Shown one piece after another: positions 10,096 through 19,822 of a stretch of 64,000 nt of DNA. The notes under the pieces were generated by a model that was not told the DNA's origin, ran no database searches, and saw only the letters and a list, made by a program, of their open reading frames with translations. The translations under genes and the position numbers were made by a program. Location of the stretch: the NCBI GenBank assembly GCA_016190205.1, contig JACPQZ010000045.1, forward strand, positions 33,923-97,922. The letters run 5' to 3'. Position 1 is the stretch's first letter; each line of letters starts with the position of its first letter. Source of the stretch: Candidatus Omnitrophota bacterium. GTDB taxonomy: Bacteria; Omnitrophota; JACPQZ01.

Positions 10096-11571
10096 GTGCT
10101 TGCCCTTATCATATTGGATGGTTGGGGCACCTCCCATGAAAGGGAGGGGAATGCCCCGGCCCTGGCGCGCACACCCACCCTTCTCCACCTCTCCAAGCAC
10201 TACCTCTACGGTCACCTCACCGCATCCGGACCCGCAGTAGGCCTCAAGGGAGTCGAACCAGCGAGCTCCGAGCTGGGACACACCACTTTAGGCGCGGGCC
10301 GTGTGCTCCAAGATCCCTGGCAGTTCAAAAAGCGTTTTCAAGATGGCGCCCTCCTTAAATCCAGAACCTTAAGCTCTGCCCTCCAACATGTCATAAAAAA
10401 TGGGGGCCAGCTCCATCTTATGGGCTTGACGGAGCCGGGAGAGGCGCCCGGTCAAATCCTCAAGTCGCTCATCGAGTGGGCAGGGCGCTCCAAAGTAAAA
10501 GCAACACATCTCCATATGGTCTTGGACGGGCATGACTCCGGGCCTTTTGAAGGAAGAAGATACCTTAAAGAGCTCAAGCGTTACCTGGATGGGATGGCAG
10601 GAGTGCATCTATCCTCTTGCACGGGGCGGGCCCATTTTCTCAATCCTTCCGGCCAGGCGGGTTTGACCCGCTTACTCGTCGAAGCCTTAACTCAAGAAAA
10701 AGGGGTGAGGGCCGAAGACCCCGAGACTTACCTGGAGGGATGTTACCGCAGGGGTCTTGCAGACGACGAAATCAAACCCACCTGTTTGAGCGGTACAAAG
10801 GGTGAAGGCGTTCGCATCCGCGAGTCTGACGCCTTGATCCTTTTCTCCCCTGGAAAGACTCTAGAGGTATCACACCTGGCCAAGGCCCTGCCCGGGAAAA
10901 TTCGTATCGTGCACCTCTTTAAGGACGAAACACCTTTGAAAACAGGCTGGGCCTTTGAACTTGAGCCCCTTGCGACAAATCTGGGGGAGCTGGTATCCGA
11001 GGCGAAGCTCTCCCAGATACGTTTGGCAGAAACTTTAAAATCCCGCCAGGTGTCCTTTTATCTAAACGGAGGCCGGGCAAATCCGTATCCTAGAGAGGAC
11101 CGGGTGTTTATTCCCTCACAGGACCATGTGCGGCATGAGCGCAATCCCGCCCTCTCGGCCCACGCCGTGACCCGCGCAGCTCTCAAGGCGATCCGCTTAC
11201 GACGATATGAACTCGTCGTCTTAAACTATGCCAATGGTGACATCGTGGGCCACACGGGAGATCTGAAGGCGGCGATTCAGGCGGTCGAAACCGTGGATGC
11301 GTGCCTGGCAAAGGTGCTCGCGTGCTTAAGCGCTGCAGGAGGGGACGTTGTCATAACCTCCGACCACGGAAATTGCGAATGCATGCGCACCCGAGACGGA
11401 AGGCCGTTCCGCGCCCACACATCTAATGATGTCCCATTTTATATTGCCTCCTTTCGCAGAAATCTCCGCCTGCAAAGGAACCAAGGCTCTTTAACGGACA
11501 TAGCCCCAACCGTACTCGAACTCCTGGGAATGCCCAAGCCAGGGGTTATGACGGGGTCGTCGTTAATCTAG
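10096..11571 (+). CDS. gpmI: 2,3-bisphosphoglycerate-independent phosphoglycerate mutase (divergent)
   Basis: N-terminal 'LIILDGWG' and 'SSELGHTTLGAGRV'. C-terminal 'VVLNYANGDIVGHTGDLKAAIQAVETVDACL...VITSDHGNCE' matches iPGM metal-site motifs. Confidence 0.75.
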   Translation: MLALIILDGWGTSHEREGNAPALARTPTLLHLSKHYLYGHLTASGPAVGLKGVEPASSELGHTTLGAGRVLQDPWQFKKRFQDGALLKSRTLSSALQHVIKNGGQLHLMGLTEPGEAPGQILKSLIEWAGRSKVKATHLHMVLDGHDSGPFEGRRYLKELKRYLDGMAGVHLSSCTGRAHFLNPSGQAGLTRLLVEALTQEKGVRAEDPETYLEGCYRRGLADDEIKPTCLSGTKGEGVRIRESDALILFSPGKTLEVSHLAKALPGKIRIVHLFKDETPLKTGWAFELEPLATNLGELVSEAKLSQIRLAETLKSRQVSFYLNGGRANPYPREDRVFIPSQDHVRHERNPALSAHAVTRAALKAIRLRRYELVVLNYANGDIVGHTGDLKAAIQAVETVDACLAKVLACLSAAGGDVVITSDHGNCECMRTRDGRPFRAHTSNDVPFYIASFRRNLRLQRNQGSLTDIAPTVLELLGMPKPGVMTGSSLI

Positions 11572-11667
11572 CGCCGCCCGAGTCATTAGGCGAAAAGATC
11601 GAGAGGAGACTACAGACTGAAGACTTAACGAAAACCACCTCTTTTAATCTGAAGTTTGTTTTTTTGC

Positions 11668-11728
11668 GATGCACGAAGCACGAAGCACGATTCAGTCTGT
11701 AGTCTGTGGTCTGTAGTCTTCAGTCTTA
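11668..11728. repeat. Heptamer tandem arrays (GCACGAA x3, then GTAGTCT-like x4)
   Basis: gcacgaa-gcacgaa-gcacgat-tcagtct-gtagtct-gtggtct-gtagtct-tcagtct. The GCACGAA heptamer recurs at 34163, 55256 and 61561. Confidence 0.5.
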
Positions 11729-11730
11729 AC

Positions 11731-12552
11731 ATGGTCACGCACGCCCAACATACCAGAACGCCCGCAGTAGCGGGCCAATTCTATCCCAGCGATCCCAAAG
11801 AGCTTTCTGAAACGGTAGAAAAGCTCCTTCCTAAAAAGGCGAGCGCCGTTCCGCGCAAGGCGGTTATCGTCCCGCATGCAGGGTATATCTATTCCGGCAA
11901 GATTGCGGGTAACGTGTATGCGCGCACGGCGGTTCCAAGCCTTTCCATACTCGTAGGACCCAACCATACGGGCAGAGGGGCGAGTTTGAGTTTATACCCG
12001 GGCGGGTCTTGGATGACCCCGTTAGGAGCCATGCGGGTCAATCAAGATTTCGTGCAAGCCATCCGAAGAGAGTTCGATGCCTTCAGTCTGGATACCCTGG
12101 CACACACCTATGAACACAGCCTGGAGGTCCAGCTTCCCTTCCTAAAACATATCAGCGCGCAGTCAACCATCGTGCCCATTATCGTGGGTACGGACCATGT
12201 TCCATCCCTCCTAAAAGCGGGTTCAGCGCTGGGGAGGGTTATCCGGGACTGGAAGCAGCCCTCATTACTCATTTGTTCCACGGATATGACACATTATGAG
12301 CCTTTAGTGACAGCCCAGCGAAAAGACAAAATGGCCATTCAGGCGCTCACTTCCCTGGATCCGAAGGAGCTGGCCCTTGTCGTGGCGGAGAACGCTATAT
12401 CCATGTGCGGATGGGCCCCTGCCGTCATGATCTTGGCCGCCTGCCGTACCCTGGGTGCCACGAAGGCCGAGTTCATAGCCTACGGGACAAGCGCGGATAC
12501 AACTGGAGATCGTTCCAGCGTCGTGGGTTATGCGGGGATGGCATTCGGCTAG
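11731..12552 (+). CDS. AmmeMemoRadiSam system protein B (Memo-like)
   Basis: 'AVAGQFYPSDP...VIVPHAGYIYSGKIAG...HSLEVQLPFLKH' matches the Memo1/AmmeMemoRadiSam B family. Confidence 0.7.
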   Translation: MVTHAQHTRTPAVAGQFYPSDPKELSETVEKLLPKKASAVPRKAVIVPHAGYIYSGKIAGNVYARTAVPSLSILVGPNHTGRGASLSLYPGGSWMTPLGAMRVNQDFVQAIRREFDAFSLDTLAHTYEHSLEVQLPFLKHISAQSTIVPIIVGTDHVPSLLKAGSALGRVIRDWKQPSLLICSTDMTHYEPLVTAQRKDKMAIQALTSLDPKELALVVAENAISMCGWAPAVMILAACRTLGATKAEFIAYGTSADTTGDRSSVVGYAGMAFG

Positions 12553-12668
12553 GTATTTCCGAAACAATTGTTGTACTCGTAAACCAAAAAAACCAACTAA
12601 AACCACTTGACAGACTATAATCCCGGATGTTAAATTAAAAACCAACAGAGACTACGGTCTCTACTCAC

Positions 12669-12720
12669 CTAGAGGTTCCTAGTATAACCACTCCCACTTA
12701 TACTGGGAACCTCGTTTTTT
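12669..12720 (+). terminator. Rho-independent terminator (possibly the 3' end of a small RNA)
   Basis: GAGGTTCCTAGTATAA...TTATACTGGGAACCTC hairpin followed by TTTTTTT. A second hairpin (agagac-tacg-gtctct) precedes it in the 200-bp non-coding gap. Confidence 0.45.
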
Positions 12721-12755
12721 TATCCATATTTCATAATGGGCAAGGCAACACAGAG

Positions 12756-12920
12756 ATGATTGACGAAAAGCTTCTGGCTATTCTGGCTTGCCCCGTTTGC
12801 AAGAAGAAGGTTCGTTGGAATCAGGAAAGACTTGTTTGTGAATCCTGCGGCCGCCGCTACCCTGTAAGAGATGGTATTCCGATCATGCTCGTTGAGGAAG
12901 CGGACTTGGCCCAGCAATAA
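12756..12920 (+). CDS. Trm112/YcaR-family small zinc-ribbon protein (UPF0434)
   Basis: 54 aa, 'LLAILACPVCKKKVRW...LVCESCGRRYPVRDGIPIMLVEEA', classic Trm112 signature. Not in the ORF track because it is under 60 aa. The antisense 80-aa ORF 12720-12962 is rejected. Confidence 0.7.
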   Translation: MIDEKLLAILACPVCKKKVRWNQERLVCESCGRRYPVRDGIPIMLVEEADLAQQ

Positions 12921-13042
12921 GGCCCCCACCTTTCCACGCTCTGTATCATCGATCCTATCCAAACTCCTGCCGTTTGCTTTTACGCGCTACATCTAGTAAC
13001 ATATACGTCACATATGCTTAGGATAAAAACCGGGGGACGGGT

Positions 13043-13489
13043 GTGAATCTCAAAGAAATCAAGGAAATGATTAACCTCATGAATGAGAGCGGGCTCTCTG
13101 AACTCGAGCTCGAGCGGGACGGCCTCAGAATAAAGCTTCGCAAAGGGTCGGCGCCGGAGGTGAGCATGGGCCTTGCGCCTCTTCCTCCTGGGGGCACACT
13201 GTCCGCTGGAGCGCAGGCGGGGGAGCCAAGCCAGCCGGAGGCGGAGGAAGGCGTGCTGGAGGTGAAGGCGCCTATGGTCGGTACTTTCTACCGGGCCCCT
13301 GCGCCTGATGCCCCGCCCTATGCAGAGGAAGGTCAGAGGATAGAAAAGGGTCAAGTGCTGTGTATCATCGAAGCCATGAAGCTCATGAATGAAATCAAGT
13401 CGGAGCTGTCAGGAACCATCAAGGACATCCTGGTCCGCAACGGAGACCCCGTCGAGTTCGATCAGACCCTCTTCCGAATTAAGACTTAA
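13043..13489 (+). CDS. accB: Biotin carboxyl carrier protein
   Basis: C-terminal biotinyl domain with '[12 protein letters not shown]' (biotinyl-Lys in EAMKLMNEI). GTG start. Confidence 0.85.
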   Translation: MNLKEIKEMINLMNESGLSELELERDGLRIKLRKGSAPEVSMGLAPLPPGGTLSAGAQAGEPSQPEAEEGVLEVKAPMVGTFYRAPAPDAPPYAEEGQRIEKGQVLCIIEAMKLMNEIKSELSGTIKDILVRNGDPVEFDQTLFRIKT

Positions 13490-13494
13490 AGCCC

Positions 13495-14850
13495 ATGTTC
13501 AATAAAATTCTAATCGCAAACCGCGGCGAGGTCGCCGTACGCATTATCCGAGCATGCCGCGAGCTGGGCATCCGGACGGTGGCCGTCTTTTCCAAGGCCG
13601 ACCGCGAGAGCCTGCACGTGCGCCTCGCTGACCAGGCGATCTGCGTCGGGGACTCCGCCAGCCAGGAGAGCTACCTCAATATACCGGCGATCATCAGCGC
13701 CGCCGAAATCACGGATGTGGAGGCCATCCATCCCGGCTACGGCTTTTTGGCAGAAAACTCTCACTTTGCGGAAGTCTGCCAGTCCTGTCAGATAACGTTC
13801 ATCGGCCCCCGGCCGGAAGCCATCCGGCTCATGGGAGACAAGGCCGAGGCGCTCAAGCTCATGAAAAAAAATGGCATCCCCACGGTACCCGGAAGCGATG
13901 GCATCATTAAGGACTCTGATGAGGCCCTCAAGGTAGCCCGGCGGGTCAAATACCCGGTCATCGTAAAAGCGGCTGGCGGAGGAGGGGGCAAGGGCATGCG
14001 CACCGCCCATAACGACGGGCACCTCGTCAGCGCTTTCATGACGGCGCAGGCAGAGGCCGAAAAGGCCTTCTCCAACCCGGCCGTCTACATCGAAAAATAC
14101 ATCGAAGAACCCCGTCACGTCGAGGTTCAGATCCTCGCCGATAATTATGGTGCGACCGTTCACCTGGGGGAGCGGGACTGCACCATCCAGCGCAATCACC
14201 AGAAGCTCATTGAAGAGGCGCCTTCCCCGATACTCGGGGGAAAGCTGAGAAGAAGGATAGGAGAGGTGGCCCTCAAATGCGCTCGTCTCGCGCACTACAA
14301 CAACGCGGGCACCATCGAATTTCTGGTGGACAAGGACCGCAACTTTTACTTCATGGAAATGAATACCCGGATCCAGGTGGAGCACCCGGTCACGGAGCTC
14401 GTGACCGGGATTGACATCGTCAAGGAACAGATCAGGATCGCTTCGGGGGAGAGGCTGCGCTTCCGTCAGGAAAATATCCGCTTCCACGGCTGGGCCATCG
14501 AGTGCCGGATCAATGCCGAAGATCCGGATAAAGGTTTTACTCCGTCGCCCGGTTACATCAAAACGTACCGGCCGCCCGGGGGCCCGCGCGTCCGTCTGGA
14601 TACCCACATTTATCCCAACTACCTGGTGCCCCCATTCTATGACTCCATGATCGCGAAACTTATTGTGCACGGAAACGACCGCCAGGAGGCCATCAACATC
14701 ATGAAGAGGGCCTTGGATGAGTTTGAGATCGGTCCCGTCAAGACCACCATCCCGCTCCACCAAAAAATATTCCGCAATCCGGCGTTTTTGCGCGGGCAGG
14801 TCTCCACGCATTTTATCGAGACCTTTTTTTCAAATGGTAATAAAATATGA
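13495..14850 (+). CDS. accC: Biotin carboxylase
   Basis: 451 aa. '[26 protein letters not shown]', ATP-grasp and '[14 protein letters not shown]' motifs. Near-full-length match to the AccC consensus. Confidence 0.95.
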   Translation: MFNKILIANRGEVAVRIIRACRELGIRTVAVFSKADRESLHVRLADQAICVGDSASQESYLNIPAIISAAEITDVEAIHPGYGFLAENSHFAEVCQSCQITFIGPRPEAIRLMGDKAEALKLMKKNGIPTVPGSDGIIKDSDEALKVARRVKYPVIVKAAGGGGGKGMRTAHNDGHLVSAFMTAQAEAEKAFSNPAVYIEKYIEEPRHVEVQILADNYGATVHLGERDCTIQRNHQKLIEEAPSPILGGKLRRRIGEVALKCARLAHYNNAGTIEFLVDKDRNFYFMEMNTRIQVEHPVTELVTGIDIVKEQIRIASGERLRFRQENIRFHGWAIECRINAEDPDKGFTPSPGYIKTYRPPGGPRVRLDTHIYPNYLVPPFYDSMIAKLIVHGNDRQEAINIMKRALDEFEIGPVKTTIPLHQKIFRNPAFLRGQVSTHFIETFFSNGNKI

Positions 14851-15458
14851 GGGGCCGACGCATGCGATGGGTGGATGAAATCTTGGTAGGGTTTTACGCT
14901 TTAACCCTGCTCGTGATGGGTCTTGTCATCCTGGGGATTACCATGGGATTTATCCCTGCCTCCCTGGCAGAATTTTGGCTATCCAGGATCCAGGGCGACC
15001 CCTTGACGCGCTGGCAGTTTCTGGCTGGAGGTGCGCTCATGACCCTCTTGGCGCTTGCGACCGTCGCCCTGGTAAGACAACGGTCGCACATCGAGCGTCA
15101 TCTCGTCTTCCGGAACGAAGAGGGCCAGATTGAGGTGAGCATCCACGCCCTGGAAGAGGTGGTCCGGAATGCAGGACGGGACTTCCTGGATATCAAGTCC
15201 ATCCAACCCGTGCTTTTGATCCATAAAAACAGTGCGGTCGTCAAGGCCGACCTGGAACTCTATGCAGGGGCCCACATCAACTTTACGGCAGAACGGCTTC
15301 AGTCTCGCATCAAGGATCAGTTTGAGCAGTTGCTGGGAAGAGACGTGAAGGTAGCCATTGACGTGGTCGTAAGACACGTGGACCGGAAGGGGACGTCCCC
15401 TCGGCCCCGTGACGCAGACCGAAGCATGCATTTCGGCTCGACACCCGGCACCGGTTGA
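14847..15458 (+). CDS. Hypothetical membrane protein (possible AmaP/Asp23-associated type)
   Basis: Two N-terminal TM helices then a soluble domain. Overlaps the accC stop (ATGA). No recognisable catalytic motif. Confidence 0.3.
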   Translation: MRGRRMRWVDEILVGFYALTLLVMGLVILGITMGFIPASLAEFWLSRIQGDPLTRWQFLAGGALMTLLALATVALVRQRSHIERHLVFRNEEGQIEVSIHALEEVVRNAGRDFLDIKSIQPVLLIHKNSAVVKADLELYAGAHINFTAERLQSRIKDQFEQLLGRDVKVAIDVVVRHVDRKGTSPRPRDADRSMHFGSTPGTG

Positions 15459-16522
15459 GGAAGGAAATGGATAACATGAATCCAAGCAATACAGATGTGA
15501 AACGTATCGGCGTCTTGACCGGGGGGGGTGACTGCCCCGGTCTAAATCCAGTGATCCGGGCCGTGGTACGGCGTGCGATCCGGGCCGGAATCGAGGTCAT
15601 GGGCATCCGGGACGGCTGGAAGGGGCTGGTGTCTGATACGATCGTCCCCTTGGATATTAATTCGGTCTCCGGCATCTTGTCGCGAGGGGGGACGATCTTG
15701 GGCACTTCACGGACAAACATTTATAAGAACCCGGCCGATTCCGTTAAGGCCAAAGAAACAATGGCCAAACATAAACTGGATGCCCTGATCGCCATTGGAG
15801 GGGAGGACACCTTGGGCGTGGCGCAGAGGCTGTACGAGGAGGGGATCCGGGTGGTGGGGGTTCCCAAAACGATCGACAACGATCTCTCCTGCACCGACTA
15901 TACCTTTGGCTTCGACTCGGCGATCAATATCGCCATGGAGGCGATCGACCGCCTGCACACCACAGCCGAAAGTCACAACCGCGTCATCGTCGTAGAACTC
16001 ATGGGACGGCATACGGGCTGGATTGCCATGCATGCCGGTATCGCCGGCGGGGCGGACGCCATCCTGATACCCGATGTGGAAAACGATATCGACCTGGTGG
16101 TCGCAGAGCTTAAAAAACGGCACGCGCGGGGCAAACGTTTCAGCATCGTTGCGATTGCAGAAGGCGTCAAGCTTAAAAACACGGTGGTGACCCAGGATGC
16201 ACGCGTAGATGACTTCGGCCACGTCCGGCTGGGCGGGGTGGGACAAACGCTGGCCGCGGAGATTGAAAGGCGCACCGGATACGAAACGCGTACGGTCGTG
16301 TTGGGACACCTTCAGCGCGGAGGTTCGCCGACCGCCTTTGACCGGATCCTGGGCACCCGCTTTGGCATTCGGGCCGTAGAACTCGTTTTGGAAGGCGGAT
16401 TCGGAAAAATGGTCTGCCTTCGCGGCAATACGATTGAAACCGTCGAAATCAAGAAGGCGATCGCCCAGCCCAAGACCGTAGACGGCGAATGGGTTAAGAT
16501 TGCCAGCGTGTTTTATGGCTGA
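15455..16522 (+). CDS. pfkA: 6-phosphofructokinase (ATP- or PPi-dependent)
   Basis: 'IGVLTGGGDCPGLNPVIRAVV', 'IAIGGEDTLGVA', 'PKTIDNDL', 'MGRHTGWIAMHAGIAGGAD' PFK motifs. Confidence 0.85.
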   Translation: MRKEMDNMNPSNTDVKRIGVLTGGGDCPGLNPVIRAVVRRAIRAGIEVMGIRDGWKGLVSDTIVPLDINSVSGILSRGGTILGTSRTNIYKNPADSVKAKETMAKHKLDALIAIGGEDTLGVAQRLYEEGIRVVGVPKTIDNDLSCTDYTFGFDSAINIAMEAIDRLHTTAESHNRVIVVELMGRHTGWIAMHAGIAGGADAILIPDVENDIDLVVAELKKRHARGKRFSIVAIAEGVKLKNTVVTQDARVDDFGHVRLGGVGQTLAAEIERRTGYETRTVVLGHLQRGGSPTAFDRILGTRFGIRAVELVLEGGFGKMVCLRGNTIETVEIKKAIAQPKTVDGEWVKIASVFYG

Positions 16523-17114
16523 AACAAAGTCCCGCCCGGCATACAACCTGAAAGGCCGTCTTAAGGAAGTTGTCTCGGAGAGCATTCGCGTCAAGCAGGC
16601 CACCCTGACCACGCAAAGCGGGCAGATCGCCCAGATTGCGGAACTCGCCATCCAGTCCCTTCGAAAGGGCGGAAAAATCCTGATCTGCGGAAATGGGGGA
16701 AGCGCCTCACAGGCGCAGCACCTGGCCGCTGAAATTATCTGCCGCTATAAGAAAAATAGAAAGTCCCTGCCCGCCCTTGCCCTGAACACCGATACGGCGG
16801 TCATGACCGCCGTGGCGAACGATTTTTCATACGAAGACGTCTTTGCAAAACAGATTGAGGGTCTGGCCGCTCCGGACGATCTCGTCTGGGTGTTGTCCAC
16901 AAGCGGCAATTCTCCCAATGTGGTCCGCGCTGTTCAAGCGGCGAGGAAGGTGGGCTGCCAGATCGTTGGATTTACGGGCGAATCGGGGGGCCGCCTCAAA
17001 GACCTCGTAGAATACCTGGTCAGGGTCCCGTCGCGCGAGACCGATCGCATCCAGGAAACCCACATCACGATCGGGCATGCCGTTTGCGAGGCGATCGAGG
17101 AAACCCTGGGATAA
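16515..17114 (+). CDS. gmhA: D-sedoheptulose-7-phosphate isomerase
   Basis: SIS domain. 'GGKILICGNGGSASQAQHLAAE...VLSTSGNSPNVV...GCQIVGFTG' matches GmhA. Confidence 0.8.
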   Translation: MAETKSRPAYNLKGRLKEVVSESIRVKQATLTTQSGQIAQIAELAIQSLRKGGKILICGNGGSASQAQHLAAEIICRYKKNRKSLPALALNTDTAVMTAVANDFSYEDVFAKQIEGLAAPDDLVWVLSTSGNSPNVVRAVQAARKVGCQIVGFTGESGGRLKDLVEYLVRVPSRETDRIQETHITIGHAVCEAIEETLG

Positions 17115-17115
17115 C

Positions 17116-17595
17116 GTGGGAACCAAACGCAAGGGTCTCAAGGCGGTCAGGGCCCTCGCCCGCAGGCTCCGTCAAAAGGGAAGGCGGATCGTCTTCACCA
17201 ACGGGTGTTTTGATCTCATCCACCCGGGTCACATCCAAATCCTGACGCGCGCCCACGCCCTGGGTGACTACCTGATCGTAGGACTCAATTCGGACAAATC
17301 CGTAAGGCGTCTGAAAGGGCCATCCCGGCCCTTCATCAGCCAGCAGGGCCGCTCCCAGATGCTCGAGGCCCTGGAGTGCGTGGATTGTGTCGTGATATTT
17401 GACGCGCCCACGCCGGAGGCCTTGATCCGCGCGATCCACCCCGACGTGCTCGTCAAGGGCGCGGATTGGACGAAGGGTGAGATCGCCGGCGGAGATTTCG
17501 TGGCATCCTATGGCGGGAAGATCGCCCGGGTGCCTCTCGTAAAGGGACAATCCAGCACGCGGCTCATCAGGCTTCTTAAAAATAATGTTACTTAA
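17116..17595 (+). CDS. D-glycero-beta-D-manno-heptose-1-phosphate adenylyltransferase (RfaE domain II-like)
   Basis: Cytidylyltransferase fold 'IVFTNGCFDLIHPGHIQIL...VGLNSDKSVRRLKG...RPFI'. GTG start after the gmhA stop. Confidence 0.75.
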   Translation: MGTKRKGLKAVRALARRLRQKGRRIVFTNGCFDLIHPGHIQILTRAHALGDYLIVGLNSDKSVRRLKGPSRPFISQQGRSQMLEALECVDCVVIFDAPTPEALIRAIHPDVLVKGADWTKGEIAGGDFVASYGGKIARVPLVKGQSSTRLIRLLKNNVT

Positions 17596-18241
17596 GAACG
17601 AGGTCATCCTTTTTCCCCCGGAAAACCCCCTTTATCCCATTCTAAGTCTTCCTTCAGACGATGTCGAAAGCTACGTCAACGCCTTTGATGCCCTGGTCCG
17701 CGCCGGCGTAGCCATCGTACAGCTGCGGGCCAAGGGACTGCGGCCGGGAGACCTGGAACAGCTGGCAGGACGCCTGGTAAAAAGGGCCCGGGCGGCACGC
17801 ATCCGCCTCATCTTAAACGATGAGGTTGAACTCGCGGCACGCATCCGGGCGGACGGGGTCCATGTGGGTCAGAAGGACGCCTCGGTAAAAACAGTGAGAG
17901 GATTAGGAATCCCTCTCGTAGGAGTTTCCACTCACTCGGTCGAGGAAGCGAGAAATGCCCAGTCGCAGGGAGCCGACTACATCGGGGTGGGCTGTCTTTT
18001 CCCGAGTCCAACGGAGCCCCACCGCAAGCCCCTGGGGCTCGCAACCCTGCGCAGGATACGCGCGCAGGTTCACATCCCGATCGTGGCCGTAGGCGGGATC
18101 TCGCATGACAACATCTGGGAATGCGTTCAGGCGGGGGCGGATGCCGTTTCCTCAATCAGCGCCGTTTTTGGCGGCGGGGATTTTGAGTCCAATTGCCGGA
18201 ACCTTATGGCCAGGATCCACGCAGAGGTTCTAAACACGTGA
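17585..18241 (+). CDS. thiE: Thiamine-phosphate synthase
   Basis: 'VQLRAKG...RLILND...GVHVGQKD...ADYIGVGCLFPSPTEP...IVAVGGIS' matches ThiE TIM-barrel motifs. Confidence 0.8.
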   Translation: MLLKNEVILFPPENPLYPILSLPSDDVESYVNAFDALVRAGVAIVQLRAKGLRPGDLEQLAGRLVKRARAARIRLILNDEVELAARIRADGVHVGQKDASVKTVRGLGIPLVGVSTHSVEEARNAQSQGADYIGVGCLFPSPTEPHRKPLGLATLRRIRAQVHIPIVAVGGISHDNIWECVQAGADAVSSISAVFGGGDFESNCRNLMARIHAEVLNT

Positions 18242-19140
18242 GTCCTGTGCTCGTGCTGGGCACGGTGGCCATTGATTCTGTGGAGACACCTTTCGGCCGG
18301 AAAAAGGCGGTGCTGGGGGGATCGGCGAGCTATGCCGCGTACAGCGCCAGTTTCTTCGCACCCGTCCGGCTGGTCGCCTGCGTAGGCTCTGATTTTCCAG
18401 AGCGCTACACCCGGGTCCTGCGTGAACGGCCCATCGACACGGCAGGTCTTGAAAGGGTGCCCCATGAACGCACGTTCCGCTGGCGCGGCCGTTATGGGGC
18501 GGATCTCGGAGAGGCCACTACGCTTGCCACGCACCTCAACGTGCTTGAGCGCTTTAACCCCAACATTCCTCTGGATTATCTGGACACCCCCTGCGTTTTT
18601 CTTGCAAATATTGATCCGGTTATACAAGAGCGCGTCTTGAACCATCTGAAGCCGCGGTGGGTGGTTCTGGACTCCATGAATTACTGGATACAGCATAAGA
18701 GGAAGGATCTCTTGCGCGTGGCGAAACGAGCTGATCTGGTTGTCTTGAACGACGCAGAGGCCCGGGGGCTTGCCCAGGAGGCGAGTCTGGTTCATGCGGC
18801 ACGACGCCTAAAGAAATTCGGCTTGAAGCGTCTGATCATTAAAAAGGGCGAGCACGGCGCGCTCCTCTTTGAAGACGACAAGTTTTTTCTAGCTCCGGCT
18901 TATCCGCAGCCCGCGACGGTAGATCCTACGGGGTGCGGTGACGCCTTTGCCGGCGGGCTCACGGGATTCCTGGCATCTCAGAAAAAGATTACCCGGCGGC
19001 TTTTGAGACGTTCCGTTATAGCCGGAAGTGTGATGGCCTCTTTCACGATCGAGGATTTCGGACTCAAGCGGCTGCGCAGACTCACGCATGCGGAAATCCG
19101 AAACCGCCTGACTGAATTTCACGACCTCATCCGTTGCTAA
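18238..19140 (+). CDS. PfkB-family carbohydrate kinase
   Basis: Ribokinase-like fold with the C-terminal 'DPTGCGDAFAGGLTGFL' anion-hole motif. Could be the heptose-7-P kinase (RfaE domain I); not provable from sequence. Confidence 0.65.
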   Translation: MSPVLVLGTVAIDSVETPFGRKKAVLGGSASYAAYSASFFAPVRLVACVGSDFPERYTRVLRERPIDTAGLERVPHERTFRWRGRYGADLGEATTLATHLNVLERFNPNIPLDYLDTPCVFLANIDPVIQERVLNHLKPRWVVLDSMNYWIQHKRKDLLRVAKRADLVVLNDAEARGLAQEASLVHAARRLKKFGLKRLIIKKGEHGALLFEDDKFFLAPAYPQPATVDPTGCGDAFAGGLTGFLASQKKITRRLLRRSVIAGSVMASFTIEDFGLKRLRRLTHAEIRNRLTEFHDLIRC

Positions 19141-19145
19141 TACTC

Positions 19146-19228
19146 GCGGCGTATTTGTTCGTCGTTCGTTGATCGGTTATCGGTCATCGCAAACTTTTTC
19201 TTGCAATAACCGATTACCGAACACCGAT
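19146..19228. repeat. Palindromic heptamer-repeat element (CGGTTAT class), copy A
   Basis: tatttgttcgtcgttcgttgatcggttatcggtcatcgcaaac ... ttgcaataaccgattaccgaacaccgataatcg. The arms are inverted repeats. The head is a direct repeat of the head of copy B at 19743. Confidence 0.5.
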
Positions 19229-19425
19229 AATCGAAGTTGCACGTAAAGCGTACACGTGAGGCGCGCAAAATAACAACATATAGCGTCTATTGCGCAGCGC
19301 AGTCTAGGTATAGTGTCAGAATCATGTTACGAAATGTGCCCGTAGAAATAATTTGTTTTTGAAGTTATAATACGCAACACGCACGACGCGGTACGCACTA
19401 CGAAGTACTGTGCCTAAGTCATGAT

Positions 19426-19497
19426 GCGGGTGTAATTCAGCGGCAGAATGCAAGCTTCCCAAGCTTGACGTTGTGGGTTCGACTCCCATCACCCGCT
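19426..19497 (+). tRNA. tRNA-Gly (anticodon CCC)
   Basis: 72 nt. Acceptor GCGGGTG/CACCCGC, D-arm ATTC/GAAT, anticodon stem CAAGC/GCTTG with loop TTCCCAA, T-loop GGTTCGACTCC, discriminator U. Confidence 0.85.
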
Positions 19498-19702
19498 GTA
19501 TTTATCCGCGTAACGTGATGGGAGTCGAACCCAGGGAAAAGGGTTCGGGGAAAACGGGAGTTTTCCCCGAGGCACGGCGCATCTCAGGTGAGGGGGGAAT
19601 CTAAGGGGGGTGCGCAGCACGAGTGAATAATGGATGATCGCAAGCACCCCCCTTAGGGAGCATCGGCGTTTCAAATTTGATGGATCAAAGAGCCGATGCG
19701 AC

Positions 19703-19727
19703 GGGTTCGACTCCCATCACCCGCTGT
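19703..19727 (+). repeat. Exact 25-nt direct repeat of the tRNA-Gly 3' end (T-arm + acceptor)
   Basis: gggttcgactcccatcacccgctgt at 19473-19497 and again at 19703-19727. An inverted copy of the T-arm (gatgggagtcgaaccca) lies at 19518-19534. Confidence 0.8.
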
Positions 19728-19742
19728 TGACATGTCGGGGTA

Positions 19743-19822
19743 GATTTGTTCGTCGCTCGGGGATCGGTTATCGGGGATCGCAAACCCCGGATGATTGCGA
19801 TGACCGATCACCGATAACCGTA
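19743..19822. repeat. Palindromic heptamer-repeat element (CGGTTAT class), copy B
   Basis: gatttgttcgtcgctcggggatcggttatcggggatcgcaaaccccggatgattgcgatgaccgatcaccgataaccg is an imperfect palindrome. With copy A it brackets the tRNA locus. Confidence 0.5.

Noticed and set aside
12616-12634. Apparent perfect promoter hexamers TTGACA and TATAAT
   Set aside because: The two hexamers are separated by only 3 nt, which is incompatible with sigma-70 spacing (16-18 nt). This is a coincidental occurrence in an AT-rich spacer.
12720-12962. 80-aa minus-strand ORF
   Set aside because: It overlaps the plus-strand 54-aa Trm112/YcaR-like ORF, which has an unmistakable CPVC...CxxC zinc-ribbon signature. The minus-strand product has no features.
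13510-14811. Long minus-strand ORFs. Examples: 13510-14811 (433 aa), 15707-16651, 29914-30714, 31833-32612, 34595-35464, 35588-36496, 37343-37963, 7939-8535.
   Set aside because: Each lies entirely antisense to a confidently identified plus-strand gene (accC, pfk, glpK, the patatin protein, the dehydrogenase, enoyl-CoA hydratase, acyl-CoA ligase, the repeat protein). Their translations are Arg/Pro/Gly-rich with no motifs, typical of shadow ORFs in high-GC DNA.
19498-19730. tmRNA or second tRNA gene hypothesis for the tRNA-like fragments after tRNA-Gly
   Set aside because: Only the T-arm and 3' acceptor strand are duplicated. No matching 5' acceptor strand, D-arm or anticodon arm is present in either orientation, and no tag-peptide reading frame is evident. 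I interpret it as an att-like partial duplication.
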